Notes: generated from the letters alone by a model not told the origin. DNA of 61,385 nt from Chiloscyllium plagiosum (GCF_004010195.1 NC_057719.1:88613179-88674563), one strand, 5' to 3'; counted from the stretch's first letter, positions 41,170 to 55,374 are shown. Made by a program: numbers and translations.

Positions 41170-42177
41170 CTGGAGTGGTGGTGTTGGGGGATGGAGCGGG
41201 AAGAGAAGGAGAGGGAGCCAGTCATTTCACCTTCGCAAACCCCTTAAAAGTCCACAAAATGTCAGTAATGGGGTTAAGAATGACAGCAATGTTATTCCTC
41301 TACATGGGTACAGAATCTTTCAGCAGCTGCTGCTTCAGTCGCAGGTTTTGTGTCTCCGAAGCACAAAGCCTTGGGCTCAGCAATTACAAAGTTACCTTTC
41401 TCCTAAGTTGCTTGTAAGAGATAGAATCTATGAATGAAGGAGCAGTAAGGGCAGGACTGATGGAATGTATGACTGGAAGAGCTGCAGCTGTTGTTATGGC
41501 TAGTTTCACTGCTGCCATCACCTTGCGAATAAGCTTTGATGAGGGAGAAGAGGACAACTGGGAGGTCTTGTTTAGCAACGCTCACCGACAGTCATGAACC
41601 ACACTCCCTGGGTTGGAGCTGGAATCAGATATAAACTCAGGGGATGATGGATGGATTGGGTTGGGGAGCAGGGGTGAGAAACAGCAGTTGCAGAAAGGGC
41701 AGACACAGTGAAGGAGAAGCGCAGAGGCCTCCAGCTGAATGAACTCTACACTCTAGCTCTTTATTAACTTAAAAATCTGACACCTTGGTTTGTAGAGATA
41801 ATCTCTAGGACTATTGATCTCGACTCTGTGTGCACAAACACAGCTGCATTCAGAAACAGAGGTGTTTGGAAGGTTTTCAGCATCAAGCATAAAGCAATCA
41901 GTAGTTCAAGTGAGTGACAATCTCGAGTTTTTATGATTGTCTGGTGAATTGATAGCCTTCCTCTTGACTACAACGCTACTACTGAATTTTTGCCTCAATA
42001 TAATTTTTTTAAAAACATTTTCTTTTCTTTTGTATTTTATATTATACTTAAACTCATTACAAAACTTACCTTAATTCAGCGTCTCACTGCAGTGGGAGTT
42101 GACTTTAATAAATGATTAGTCATAATGTTTTGCAGCAAGGGTGCAACAAAAAGCATTACTGCAGGGCCACAGTTGGG

Positions 42178-42530
42178 GAAACAATGGCACAGTGGCGATG
42201 TTACTGGACTAGTAATCATAAACTCCAGGCTAATGCTTGAGGTTGTAGGTTCAAACTGGCAAATGGTGAAGTCTGAATTCAATAAAAAATCTGCAGTGAA
42301 AGGCTAGCCAAATGGCAATTCTGTAACTATGATCAATTGTTATTTGTTTCACTGGTGTTCTTTAGAAAAAGGAATCTGCCATCATTAAATAGTCTTGTCT
42401 ATGTGTGATTCCACATCCACATCTATGTGAATGGCCCTTATCTGCTCTCAAAGCAATTTGGGATTGGCAATAAATGCTGACCTAGCCAATCATGCTGATA
42501 TTTCATTAACAAATCTAAAAGAAAAATTAA
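42178..42530 (+). mobile_element. Second-family tRNA-headed SINE, decayed
   Basis: Similar to 36946-37503; tail ggcaataaatgctgacctagcc. Confidence 0.7.
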
Positions 42531-43409
42531 ATGCATAGTCAGTGACTTGAACCTGCTCCCATACTCCATTTGTCAGAACTTTGCTTACTCACTTCATAAA
42601 TCAATATCCCTTTGTATTCCTCCTAATGTCATCTGCGCGAGAGACCATTCATCACTTGAAAGGCAGAAGTGATGGCTCTCTCCCATATAGCCTGCACAAA
42701 AATGATAGCCACAACATTTTTTGGACAACTGATATATCCTGGTTTATTTCCATATTTGAGGACACATTTTAATGTTGGCCATAGCATACTGAATTAACTT
42801 GCATGATAAGATGATGTTTGTCTCTAATGTAATGAGGGTGCTTATGTACTGGAAGGTCCCAATCTATTACTCTTCAAAGCATGGGTAATCGTGTAAGGAG
42901 ATACATTAGCTTGAAAAAAAAATCACTGAATTATGAAGCGATTTGTGAACTAAACATTTGTTATTTGGTGGTTAGTTTGGTCCTGCAGAATTACTTTGAA
43001 TTTTGCTGCTGTTGGGCCTATGAAAGGCTGTATCATGATGCATTTCACTCACTTTAAACATTATACGTTAAGTATTGAGGAAAATGGATGTAAAATTGGC
43101 AGAATTAAACCTAAGAACTCTGGAGTGTTGCCAATTTTTGCAATTAATTTTTTAAAAGCATCGGAGATATAAGACTATTCCCAGTAAGTGAGCTTGTGCC
43201 AAATAGCTTTACATTTTGGAAACAGAGTGTAGGAGATTATTTATAGTAAATTAATAAAAAGCATCTTATCTATAGATTAAAAATTGTAAGATTACACATA
43301 TATACATACATACACACAGTGTTTGGTATCTGTGCATGAAACACTGAATCCATCATTATCATCCAGCGAAGGGATCAAACCTGATTCAATGAAAAATGCA
43401 TGAGGAAGA

Positions 43410-44600
43410 AAAGGTGGTAAGGAAAAGCCAGGGAACTATAGGCCAGTGAGCCTGACATTGGTCGTGGGTAAGCTGTTGGAGGGAACCCTGAGGGACAGGA
43501 TTTACATGTATTTGGAAAGGCAAGGACTGATTAGGGATACTCAACATGGCTTTGAACATAGAACATAGAACAATACAGCACAGAACAGGCCCTTCGGCCC
43601 ACGATGTTGTACCGAAAATTTGTCCTAGCTTAAGCACCCATCCATGTACCTATCCAATTGCCGCTTTGTGTGTGGGAAATCATGTCTCACTAACTTGATT
43701 GAATTTTTTGAAGTAACAAGGAGGATCAATGATGGCAGAGAAATGGACGTGATCTATATGGACTTCAGTAAGGCGTTCAACAACGCTCCTCATGGTAGAC
43801 TGGTTAGCAAGGTTACATCACATGGAATACGGGGAGAACTAGCCATTTGGATACAGAACTGGCTTGAAGGTAGAAGAAACAGAGTGGTGGTGGAGGGTTC
43901 CTTTTCACACTGCAGGCCTGTGGTGTGAGTGGTGTGCCACAAGGATCAGTGCTGGGTCCACTGCTTTTTGTCATTTATGTAAATGACATGGATGTGAACA
44001 TAGGAGGTACTGTTACTAAGTTCACAGATGACACCAAATTGGAGGTGTAGTGGACCACGAAGAGCGTTACCTCGGAGTACAATGGAATCTTGATCAGATG
44101 GGCCAATGGAGTGGCAGTTGGAGTTTAATTTAGATAAATGTCAGGTGCTGCATTTTGGAAAGGCAAATCAGAGCAGGACTTATACACTTAATGGTAAGGT
44201 CCTGGAGAATGTTGCTCAACAAAGAGACTTTAGAGTGCAGGTTCATTGTTCCTTGAAAGTGGAATCACAGGTAGATAGGACAGTGACAAAGATATGCTTT
44301 CCTTTATTGGTCAGAGCATTGAATATAAAAGTTGGGAGGTCATGTTGAGGTTGTACAGGACATTGGTTGAGCCACTTTTGGAATATTATGTGCAATTCTA
44401 GTCTCTCTCCTATAGGAAACATGTTGTGAAACTTGAAAGGATTCAGAAAAGATTTACAAGGATGTTGCCAGGGTTGGAGGATTTGAGCTATATGGAGAGG
44501 TTGAATAAGCTGGGGCTGTTTTCCCTGGATTGTTGGAGGCTGAGGAGTGACCTTATAGAGATTTATAAAATCATGAGGGGCATGGATAAGGTAAATAGAC
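43410..44600 (+). mobile_element. CR1 LINE RT fragment with an antisense CR1 tail inserted at about 43553-43664
   Basis: KSCLTNLIEFFE, YMDFSKAF, KLERIQKRFTRMLPG; insert bounded by repeated gctttg. Confidence 0.92.
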
Positions 44601-44679
44601 ATTCTCTATGACATGCCATGAGCTGCACGAGATTTATCTGGAAATGAGTTGTCAACTTGATGAAGCTGCCAAACAAGAC

Positions 44680-45517
44680 TAGAGCCATGGAGATGTACAG
44701 CACGGAAACAGACTTGTCCATGCCGACCAGAAATCCTAAATTAAGCTAGTCCCATTTGCCAGCACTTCATATTCATATACCCATCCAAATGCCTTTTAAA
44801 TGTTGTACAAAGAACATTACAACACAGGAACAGGCCCTTCAGCCTTTCAAGCCTGCGCCGATCTATATCCTCTATCTAAATCTGCTGTCTATTTTCTAAG
44901 GATTTGTATCCCTTTGCACCCTGCCCATTCATATGTCTGTCTAGATACATCTTAAATGATGCTATTGTTCCCACCCCTACCACCTCCCCTGGCAGCGCAT
45001 TCCAGGCACCTACCACCCTCTCCATGTACATCTCCCATAAACGTTTTCTCTCTCACTTTGAACTTAAGACCCCTAGTAAATGAATCCTCCACTCTGGGAA
45101 AAAGTTTCTTGCTACTCTGTCTATACCTCTCATGATTTTGTAGGCCTCATTCAGGTTCCTTCTTTCCGATGAAAACAATCCTAATCTATTCAAACTCTCC
45201 TCATAGCTAGCACCCTTCACACCAGGCAACATCCTCATGAACCTCGTTTGCACCCTCTCCAAAGCACTCACATTGTTTTGGTAATGTGGCGACTAGAACT
45301 GTATGCAGTATTCCAAATGTGGCTACATTTGTATCAGCCTCCACTGCTTCCTCTGGCAGCTCATTCCATATGGGCACCACCCTCTGTGTGCAAAAGTTGC
45401 CCCTTAGGTCCCTTTTAAAACTTTCCCCTCTCATCCGAAACCTATACCCGCTAATTTTAGACTCCTCCACCCTAGGGAAAAGATATTGCCTATTTACCCT
45501 ATCCATACCCCTCATGC
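44680..45517 (-). mobile_element. Two nested CR1 3' fragments (inner copy about 44807-45325)
   Basis: Outer 3' UTR breaks at aaatgttgta and resumes at ttgtatcagcctcc; inner copy has its own tail. Confidence 0.85.
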
Positions 45518-45529
45518 AATCATCATCAA

Positions 45530-47295
45530 GGCAAATCTAAACTTGCTAATTACCACACTGTCCATCAATTCTTGATCATCAGCAAAATGATCGAAGTGAA
45601 AACAGGGATGGTTGACAGTACTATCAAGCAGCATTGACACTCAATTTGGGTTCCGGCAGGACGACTCAGCTCTTTTCCTCATTACATAGTCCAAGCATGA
45701 ACAAAAATGTCAAATCTAAAGATGGGAATGACTGTCCTTGACATTAAGACAGCTTTGAACAGCTGTGGCATCAAGGAGCCCTGGATAAGCTGGAGTCAAT
45801 AGAGTTGGGGGCCAAGATCTCTGCTAGCTTGAGTCATACCTACCACAAAACATTTTAGTTGTTGGAGTGCATATGTTTAAGTACTCATGACATCTCTGCA
45901 GGAATTCTTCAGAGTAGTTTCCTAGGTCCAACCACGTTTAGCTGCTTCATCAATGGTCTACTTTCCATTATAAGGTCAGAAATGAGGATGTTCACTGTGT
46001 AGAACAGTGTCAGCATCATTCTTTAGATACTGAAGCAGTTCATGTCCAGGTTTGGACTGATAAGTGGCAAGTAACATTTGCGCTGAACAAGTGCGAGGCA
46101 TTGACTATCTCCAACAAGACAGAACCCATTATGTTTTGATATTCAATGGTAATATTACTGTTGAATCTTCTGCTATCTATGTCCTGGGAGGGGGGCAGGC
46201 AGCAGCCATCACTGACTTTGAATTGAACTGGATCAAACATTTAAATACTGAGGTTACAACAACAGTTCAAAGCATGGGAATTCTTTGTTAAGTAACTCAC
46301 CTACTGTCTCCTGAAACCTTGTCCCTCATCTGTAGCTCCAACAACACTCAAGCTGCTGGATCCTATCCAGGATAGAACAACCCAAAGTGGTGGAGGCTGG
46401 TACATCTGCAACATTTAAGAGGCATTTGGATGGGTATATGAATAGGAAGGGTTTGGAGGGATATGGGCCGGGTGCTGGCAGGTAGGACTAGGTTGGGTTG
46501 GGATATCTGGTCGGCATGGACGGGTTGGACCGAAGGGTCTGTTTCCATGCTGTACATCTCTATGACTTGATGACTGGCATCAGATCCACCACCTTCAACA
46601 TCCACTCCCTCAGTAGCCAAAGTGTGTGCCATCTGTAAGATGCACTGCAGAAATTCACTAAGGGTCCTTAAACATCAACTTCTAAATGCAGAACCACTTC
46701 CATCCAGAAGAGAATGGCAGTAGATACATGAAAAAAATCACCAAGTTCACCTCCAAGCCACTGACTATCCTAACTTGAAAATATAGAATAGAATCCATAA
46801 TTGACCCATCGAGTCCATACCAACTCTCTGAAACGCATCCCACCTTGACCTACCCTGCATTTCCCATGGCTCAGCCATCTAACCTACACATCCCTGGACA
46901 CTATGGGTAATTTAGCCTAGCCAATTCATTGGACCTGCACATCTTTGGACTGTGAGAGGAAGCCAGAGCACCTGGAGGAAAGCCACCCACACACAAGGGC
47001 AATCTGCAAATTCTGCTCACCCGAGGTTGGAATCAAACCCTCGAGCACTGTGAGGCAGCAACGCTAACCAATGAGCATATGCCACCCCGACGGTATAAAA
47101 TCGATCACTGTTCCTTCAGTGTTGCTCGATTAACCTTAAAACTCCCTTGCTAACAGTCTTGAAGATGCATCTACGCCCTAACAACTCCAGTGGTTAAAGC
47201 AGGCTGTACCCCACAGTTGCTGAAGGGCAAATAAGGATGGAAAGTAAATGCTAGTTTAGTGAGAACTGCCTGCATCCCATCAACTAATAAAAATA
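45530..47295 (+). mobile_element. Second-family LINE fragment carrying a CR1 tail (46386-46567, +) and an HE1-type SINE (46785-47090, -)
   Basis: cttgacattaagacagctttgaacagctgtggcatcaagg (LDIKTALNSCGIK, RT-like); colinear with 37770-38650. Confidence 0.78.
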
Positions 47296-47912
47296 ATCTG
47301 TTTTATCTAATCTCTTTTATCTAGTCTATTATAGTCTTCAGTCACTTTCAATCACATTCAGTAATATTTGCCCAGATCTCCCAGACTCTGAACAGATGGA
47401 GGCTGGAACCATTCTCACCATATGCACACTCTCAACCTTGTTTTTCTGCATCATCGACTCAATTTCAAAGCTGTCTTTTGACACTTCAACATACAAGTTG
47501 TTTTTCATTCTTTCTGGTGTTAAGGATCATAAGCTCAAACAATGCATGGGTACTGACAATCTTCCAGAACTCTTTTCCCCTTTGCTTCCCTTCCCTTTGA
47601 TCATGTCTCTTCTTCTCATCTTGCCCTTGCCAACGTACCCTTGCCAGAAATGCCAGCTTGTAAAGTCGACTCTCCTGCTCCTTGGATGCTGCCTGATCAG
47701 TTGTGCTTTTTCAGGACCACATTTTTTGACTCTGATCTCCAGCATCTGCAGTGCTCACTTTCTCTTCCTTGCCAACGTTGTTCACAATACTTCTGAACAC
47801 TCCTCCTCACCCCTGATGCTGAACATTTTGTCCTTAGCCAAAGATTCAGCTTTATCCTCTGCCACCCCTACATTAATGAATTTCAAGTTCAGCATAATAT
47901 TGAACATAATAT

Positions 47913-48580
47913 TGGGGCAGCAAAGTGGCTCAGTGATTAGCACTGCTGCCTCACAGCACCAGGGTCCCAGGTTCAATTCCAGCCTTGGGTGACTGTGTAT
48001 GTGGAGTTTGCACATTCTCTCTGTGTCTGTGTGGGTTTCCTCCCACAATCCAAAGATGTGCAGGTTAGGTGAATTGGCCATGCTAAATTGCCCATAGCGT
48101 TAGGTGCATTAGTTAGAGGGAAATGGGTCTGGGTGGGTTGCTCTTCGGAGGGTCGGTGTGGGCTTGTTGGGCCGAACAGCCTGTTCCCACACTGCAGGGA
48201 ATCTAATCTAATCTACACTTCTTCCATCTCGGCTTGGTGGCTCCGTGGTTAGCACTACTGCCTCACAATGCCAGTAACCTGAGTTTGATTCCAGCCTTGG
48301 GCGACTGTCTGTGTGGAGTTTGCACAGTTTCCCTGTGCCTGTGTGGGTTTCCTCCGGGTGTTCCAGTTTTCTCCCACAGTCCAAAGATGTGCAGGTTAAG
48401 TGAATTGGCTCTGCTAAATTGCCCATAGTGTTCAGAAATGTGTCGGCTAGGCATATTAATCAGGGAAATGTAGAGTAATAGGGGTAGGGGAAATGGGTCT
48501 GGGTGGGATACTCTTCGAAGGGTTGGTGAGGGCTTGGTGTGCCAAATGGCCTGTTTCCACACTGAAGGGATTCTATGATT
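47913..48580 (+). mobile_element. Two tandem HE1-type SINEs (47913-48214 short, 48230-48580 long)
   Basis: Two heads, two cores, tails (tctaa)n and gattctatga. Confidence 0.92.
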
Positions 48581-48689
48581 GTTTGGTTTTGTGCCCACGT
48601 CCTTGGGCCAGAAGTCCTCCCACTGACCAGATATTTGAAACCATTTCCAATATCATCCCTCCTCCTGAACCCCTCCCATTGGTCTCTTA

Positions 48690-50950
48690 CCCACTTGAAC
48701 CAGTATGACATCAGCCAGTTCAATTCTCTACTCCACTCTCTCATTCTGAACTCCATTCCCTCAGATCTAATCCTGAAGCTGTTATCCAATCTGCTGCTTG
48801 AAGAGGATGCAATTTATATCTGGAAAACCCGCATAGTTGAGTCCCAACTTTGGCAATTTTTCCCAACTCGCAATGGACCATAGAACCCATCACTGAACAT
48901 CAAGCCATTGTTGCCAGAGCAGTCACTGATCTCATCTCTTCTAGTGATCTTTCCTTGACAGTTTACCACTCTTAACTCTCCAACCCCACTATAATTCTAT
49001 TTCCTGCCCAAGATCCATAAAGAGGACTGCTCTCTAGCCTATCATTTCAGCTTGTATAACTGATTTCTTCCTACCTTTATACTATATTGTCTGCCCTTGT
49101 CCAGTCAATTCCCATCTCGATTTGTAACTCTCTGATGCCCTCCATTTCTTTAAAATTTTCCAATTTCCTAGCTGAACTGTCTCCTTTTTACCGTGCATGA
49201 CCAATCTCTCTATATCTTCAAGCCCCACCAGGATAGTTTTGCACTCAGCTTCTTCTTTTAACAGAGACCCAAACAGTCACCATTAACTTTCACCCTCCTC
49301 ATCCCATAATGGACAATTCCTCTTTAACTCTACTTACTTCCTTCAAATAAAAGCTGTCGAGGTAGATATCTAGCTCCACCTGCATTTTTTTTGGAGTATG
49401 TGGAACATTTCTTGTTCCATTCTTACTCAGGCCCACTCCCTCAACCCATACAACTGTATACTGATAAGTGTATAGATGCAGTGTACCGCTCTTGCTCTGA
49501 ATTGAAAAGATTTTTCAACTTGGTTTATAAATCCCACCATTCTCTCAGTTTCATTCACACCATCACCAGCTCTTCCCTTTCTTTTGGTTCTCTGCCTCTA
49601 TTTCCAGGGTATTGACTAATATTTAATACAAGTCCACTGACTCCAACAGTTACCTTGACAATATTTTCTCTTATCCTACCTTCTTTCCATTCTCCCAATT
49701 CTCTGTCCCTATCACATCTGTTCTGATTTTTTTTTTAAACAACAGTGCTTGTGAGATCTCTTTTTTTCCTCAGCTGAGGATCTCCACAGCAACTCTCACC
49801 CACTGTGGTGGGCAGAGTCATCAACCATGTCAGCTCTATTTCCTGTACTTCTGCTGTCACTCCTTCCTATCCAGCCCAGAAATAAAATTTGACCTTTGTG
49901 CACACCTTCCACCTTACCCGTGTCCATGTTTAACAGATTATATTTGGCCACTTCCACCATCCTCAGCACAAAATAGTCATTAAACAAATCTTCACATCTC
50001 CTTTCAATACTCCAAAGAGAATGTTACACGAAGGATATTATTAAGCTGGAGAGGGTGCAGAAGACAATTACCAGAATGTTGCTAGGAATGGAGAGTTTTA
50101 GTTATTCAGAGAGAGGCTGGAAAAGGACTTTTCCACTGGAGTGTAGGTGGTTGAGGATAAGTAGGCGTGGCCCTATAGAGTCACGAGGGGTAGAGATAAG
50201 GTGAATAGCAGGTGGCTTTTCCTTAGGATGGGGGATTTCAACACTGGGAGCATATTTTTAAGGTGAGAGGAGAAGGATTTAGAAAAGACATGGGGGCATT
50301 TTTTTTAAACAGAGAGAGTGGTTTGTGTGTAGAATGAACGTCTAGAGGAAGAGGTGGATGTGGGTACAGTTACAAAGTTTAAAAGTACATGATAAGTACA
50401 TGAATAAGAAATGTTTGGAGGGATATGGACCAAGCAGGCAGGTGGGACTAGTTTAGTATGGGATTATGGTTGGCACAGACTGGTTGGATCAAAGGGTCTG
50501 GTTCTGTGCTCTATGACTCTAGATCGCTCCCTCTGAGACCCTGGTCCAATCCTCAATAATCCCCTAAATCCTGCCTCAGTGCCCCGAGCATGTTTCCATG
50601 CAATGCAGGAGATGAACTTTTGCTTCCTCTTTCCTCAATGTCAAAGGCCCTAAACACTCTTTTCAAGTGAGGCAGTCATTTAGGTGAACCACTTTTAACT
50701 GGATTTCCTCTGTTCGTAATGTGGTCTCCTCTACACTGGGAAGATGAAAATCAGGGAAATGCTTTTGAGAATATCAGCATTCAGTGTGCAAGCATGATTC
50801 AATCTGCACTATGCTCTTATACTGACATACTGCACTGTTCCAGCAAAGCTTAAAGTAAGCTTCAAAAATAGCAGCTCATCTTCCAGTTCAACAATTTATA
50901 GCCTTCTGGAATTAATATTGACTTTCAAAATTTCAGATCACAATCTTGGT
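48690..50950 (+). mobile_element. Old Penelope-like element, split by a CR1 3' fragment (about 50020-50520, +)
   Basis: LPKIHK (about 49005), decayed RT region, GLLYTG (about 50722) and QLIF..PSGINIDF C-terminus; colinear with the PLE at 57060-58437. Confidence 0.7.
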
Positions 50951-51819
50951 GCCCATTTTGTTTTCCTTGCATGGCTTGTTTTGGTTTCCTTCCTTCCAGT
51001 GGCAGTAAATCAGCTGTAGGCACATCTTTTTGTTTCCTTGGACACAATTTCCCCTCCATGAAGATGGTGAGAGAGATGATAAGAAGAGAAAATCACAAGA
51101 TAAGTTAGTCCTAGTGAGATTCTTGCTCTCTCTCTCACCTCACCAATTCAGTACTGGCCAAGAAGGTCCACAGGAATTTTTGTGATTCACCAGTATTTAA
51201 AGACCTTAAGTCATCTAATATATACGCTCCATGCTTAAGATTATTCCCACAGGTCAGGAGTGGCTGATTTTCTGACTAGGTAACCAAGGCAAACCAAATC
51301 TGCATGTCAGATTTAAGGCTGAAGAGAGGGGGACCTTGCTTTGCCTCAATCTGGGGACAATGGAGGCATGGATGTGGAGCAAAGAGTGGCCTCAGAAAGC
51401 AATTCCCTGCCTATTCCCCTCCACACCTTGATCCTCCAGCTAAAGGTGTAGGGAAAACACTTAGTGGCTTGCTACGAGATGCCTTGAAGAGTTTGGCTGG
51501 ACTGCTGGTCTGGCAAGCCAGGACACCACTTGAGTCCTGCTACTGACCAGGAAGCTCGCAATCAGCTCCTAACAAGTTCATTAATTTGTGATCCAGCAAG
51601 CTTTCGTAATGTTAAGCACAGCGTTACACAGAATAAAACCTAGTACACCCTCTCCACACTTCATCTGAAATAGTGAAAACCACGGCTTTTGATTTTTTTT
51701 CTTTTCCTGTTACCACTGCCTTTGGTCTTTGAAAACTAATTTTTATTTCTCAATCTTTCTTGTCTTCAAACTATTCCTTTGTCCTTGCTTAAAGGCTACA
51801 ACATGTCTGATGACTTGCA

Positions 51820-52440
51820 GTTCCGATGGAGTTATTACCCATCCCTAGCTGCTCTTGAGAAGATTGTGGTGAGCTGCCTTCTTGAACTGCTGCAGTCCAC
51901 ATGCTGTCACAATGCCCTTACAGAGAGTTGCCCAGGATAGTTACCCAGTGAAAGTGAAGGAACAATCATATATTTCCAAGTCAGGATGGTTAGTGGCTTG
52001 GAGTGAATGGTGTTCCCATGTATCTACTGCCCTTATATTTCGAGATGGAAGTGGTTCTGGGTTTGGAAGGTGCTGTCTAAGTAGCCTTCTGCAGTGCACC
52101 ATATAAATAATACATACCGCTACTATTGGGTGTCAGTGGTAGAGGGAATGGATTCTTGTGAATGTGGTGCCAGTCAAGCGAGCTTTGTTCTGGAGTGTTT
52201 TTAGAGCTGTAATCTTCTAGGCAAGTGAGAAGTATTTCATCACACTCCTGACTTGTACCTTGTAGATGGTGGACAGACTTTGGGAGTCAGGAAGTGGGTT
52301 ACTCACTGCAGTATTGCTAACCTCTGACCTGCTGTTGGAGCCACTGTATTGATACGGTGAGTTCAGTTCAATTTCTTGTCTATGGTAACCTCCAGTATGC
52401 TGAAAGAATAGAATATCAATGGGCTATCATTAAATTGTCT
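51820..52440 (-). mobile_element. Second-family LINE 3' fragment
   Basis: Reverse complement of the 38100-38640 type sequence. Confidence 0.72.
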
Positions 52441-52514
52441 CTTTTTTTCTATAAAAATGCTGCTTGATCTGTAGTTTGGTTTCAAACATTTTATGTTTTA
52501 TGTTAGAAATCAAA

Positions 52515-54290
52515 AGACCATAAGACTTAGGTGTGAATTTAGGCCATTTGGCTCATCAAGTCTGCTCTGCCATTCAATTGTAGCTGATATGTTTGTTAAC
52601 TCCATTCTCCTGCCTTCTCTCCATATCCCTTGATCCCCTTGCTAATCAAACACTTATCTATCTCTGTCTTAAATGACTCAATGACTTGACCTCCACAGCC
52701 CTCTGTGGCAATGAGTTCCACAGATTAACCAACCTCTGGCTGAAGAAATTCCTTTGCCTCTAAGTTCTCTGTGCGCATGGGGCCTAGTCTCCCCTAATAA
52801 TGGAAATGTATTCTTTACATTCACTCTATCCAAGCCTCTCAGTATTCTAAGTATCAATCAGATTCCTGCTTCACCCTTCTAAACTCCATGGAGTACAGAC
52901 TCAGGTGAATCCTCAACTACTCCTCATATGACAACCCTTCAAAGTTGGGATCATTTTTGTAAACCTCCTCTGGACCCCTTCCAAACCAGCACAATTTTTC
53001 CTTAGATACAGGGCTCAAAACTGCTCACAATGTTCCAAATGCAGTCTGACCTTAGCCTTATACAGCCTTAGCAGTACATTGCTGCTCTTGATTTCTAGCC
53101 CTCTTTAAATGAACACTAACACTTCACTTTCTTTCCTAACTGCCAACTGAATCTGCATGTTAACCTTCCGACGCCCCTCCCCCAAGTCCCTCCTCCCTAC
53201 CTTTTATCTTAGTCTGCTGAACAAACTTTCCTCATTCCTGAAGAAGGGCTTATGCCCGAAACGTCGATTCTCCTGTTCCCTGGATGCTGCCTGACCTGCT
53301 GCGCTTTTCCAGCAACACATTTTCAGCTCCTTTTAACTTTAACAGAATCCAGACTTGGATTCTCAGTTCATTTGCGCTTCAGATTTCCAAAGCCTTTCCC
53401 TAGGTAGAAAATAGTCTACGCCTCTATTATTCCTACCAAAATGCATAACTTCACAATTTCCCACATTGTATTCTATCTGTCACTTCCTAGCCCACTATTT
53501 TAGCCTGTCCAAGTCCTTCTGCAGTCTTCCTGCTTTCTCAACACTGTCTGCCCCTCCCCCTATCTTTGTGTAGTCTGTAAACTTAGCAACAATGCCCTCA
53601 GTTCCTTCATCCAGATCATTAACATATAATGTGAATAGCTGTGGTCCCTACACTGACCCCTATGGAATTCCACTAATCACTGGCTGTCATCCTGAAAAAG
53701 AATCCTTTATCCCCACTGTCAGCTAATCCTCTATCCCTGTCAGTACCTTACCCCGAACACCATGGGCTCTCAACTTATTTAGCAGCTTTCTATGCAGAGC
53801 CTTGTCATAGGCCTTCTGGAAATCAAAACAGGTCACATCCACTGCCCCTCCATTGTCCAACTTGTTCGTTACCTCCTCAAATAATTCAAACAGACTTTAC
53901 ATGCATGATCTCCCTTGAAAAGCCAGGCTGATTCAGTCCTATTTCACCGTGCACTTCCAAGTACTTTGTGATCTCATCCTTAATAATGGTCTCTAAAATC
54001 TTACCAAAGACTGAGGTCTGGCTAGTTTCCCATCTTCTGCCTGCCTCCCTTCTTTTAGGGTGTGTTATATTAGCCATTTTCCAGTCCTCTGGAACTTTCC
54101 CTAACTCCAATGATTCCTGAGAGATCACCATCAATGCCTTACAATCTCCTCAACTATCACCTTCAGAACTCTGGGGTGTAGTCCTGTGGTCCAGGTCATT
54201 TATCCACCTTCAGACGTTTCAGCTTCCCAACACTTTCTCCTTAGTGATGGCCACTATACTCACCTCTGCCTGCTGACTCTCTTCAAGTTA
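52515..54290 (-). mobile_element. Decayed CR1 LINE with a PLE 3' end inserted at about 53167-53328
   Basis: GKVPEDWKMANIT motif; CR1 3' UTR at 52515-52700. Confidence 0.88.
53234..53270 (+). ncRNA. Minimal hammerhead ribozyme core in PLE terminal sequence
   Basis: attc-CTGAAGA-a-gggc-ttat-gccc-GAAA-c-GTC-gatt: CUGANGA, stem II, GAAA and GUC triplet all present. Confidence 0.72.
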
Positions 54291-54996
54291 TAATTTCCTA
54301 CATGGATTTCAAACTGGTCAATTTGAACATGGCAGCTCTAATCATTCATGGTCTGTGTAATAAATATCTAAAAATCTTAACTGTGTTAATACCTTGTACT
54401 ATTTACAAAATTGGAATTGACTGTTTTCTGAACACAAAGCCAAATTAAATCAAATCCAAGTTGTCTAATAGACCTTTTAAAACAAATTTTATGAATGAAG
54501 CCTTGCATACTGGAAGCACACATAGGAAAATCTTGGGCCTCAATATGCCAGATATTTAAATACACAAGGATAGAAAACAAATGTTCTCGCTCATGATTCT
54601 GTACTCAACAGTACAGTTTAAGACATGCAGCCTGATGGGCAGCCTTCTTCTGTCATGCTGGTGTGTCCAGTTTCCCACATATATTTTCAGGAAAAGCCAA
54701 GACCATGCACTTTGATTTAGTTCTCACAGTGAATACCTATTGCAGTGAACCCAGCTGGTCACTCTTTCTCCACAGCAACCTGTGGAGAAAATATACTATT
54801 TTTATATTTTATTACTATATAAGATGGGAAACAAAGTTCTATTTGGCTTTGGTCCTATTAGACAACTTGGATTTGATTTAATTTGTGTTCAGTAAAACAG
54901 TCTAATTCCAGAATGAATTATCAACATGAAAAAGATTGAATATTCAAATCTTGAGGGAATTTCAGTGGACTAATTATATTATCCTGGGAACCTGAG

Positions 54997-55196
54997 TGAA
55001 ATAACAGAGGCCGTCTCCCATCACCAAGTCACCCATTTGTGCACAGGACACTAGCTGCAACTAGCCAGCTCGGAGTCGGTCCCCTGAAATGAGGAGATGC
55101 TAAATCTTCTAGTCAGCCCCGGGTTTTGCTGATTGGCCAAGGTTAACACACAAGCAAGGATCTAATAGTTAACAAGTGGCTCCAATCACTATACCA
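54997..55196. mobile_element. Possible short solo LTR
   Basis: TG...CA bounded, CpG-containing 200-bp block with gattgg box; no clear TSD. Confidence 0.25.
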
Positions 55197-55374
55197 AGTT
55201 CTACTTATTGTATGCGTTTAAAAAAGACCAACAAGCTGGTCTTTATAACTCAGAACACTTCAGATCCTAGCCATTCAAAGTTTGTAATGCTCTTAAAAGA
55301 TTCTGAAGGGAGAATATAGAAAGTTAAGCAGGAATTTAAAAAGGAGGTCCTCGAGGGTAGTAATATCTGGATTA

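Noticed and set aside
42070..42160. Minus-strand donor AAG|gtaagt
   Set aside because: All three frames upstream contain stops; could only be non-coding and lacks other support.
47396..47992. 198-aa hydrophobic plus-strand ORF
   Set aside because: Runs through pyrimidine-rich DNA, a PLE-derived fragment and a SINE head; chance ORF.
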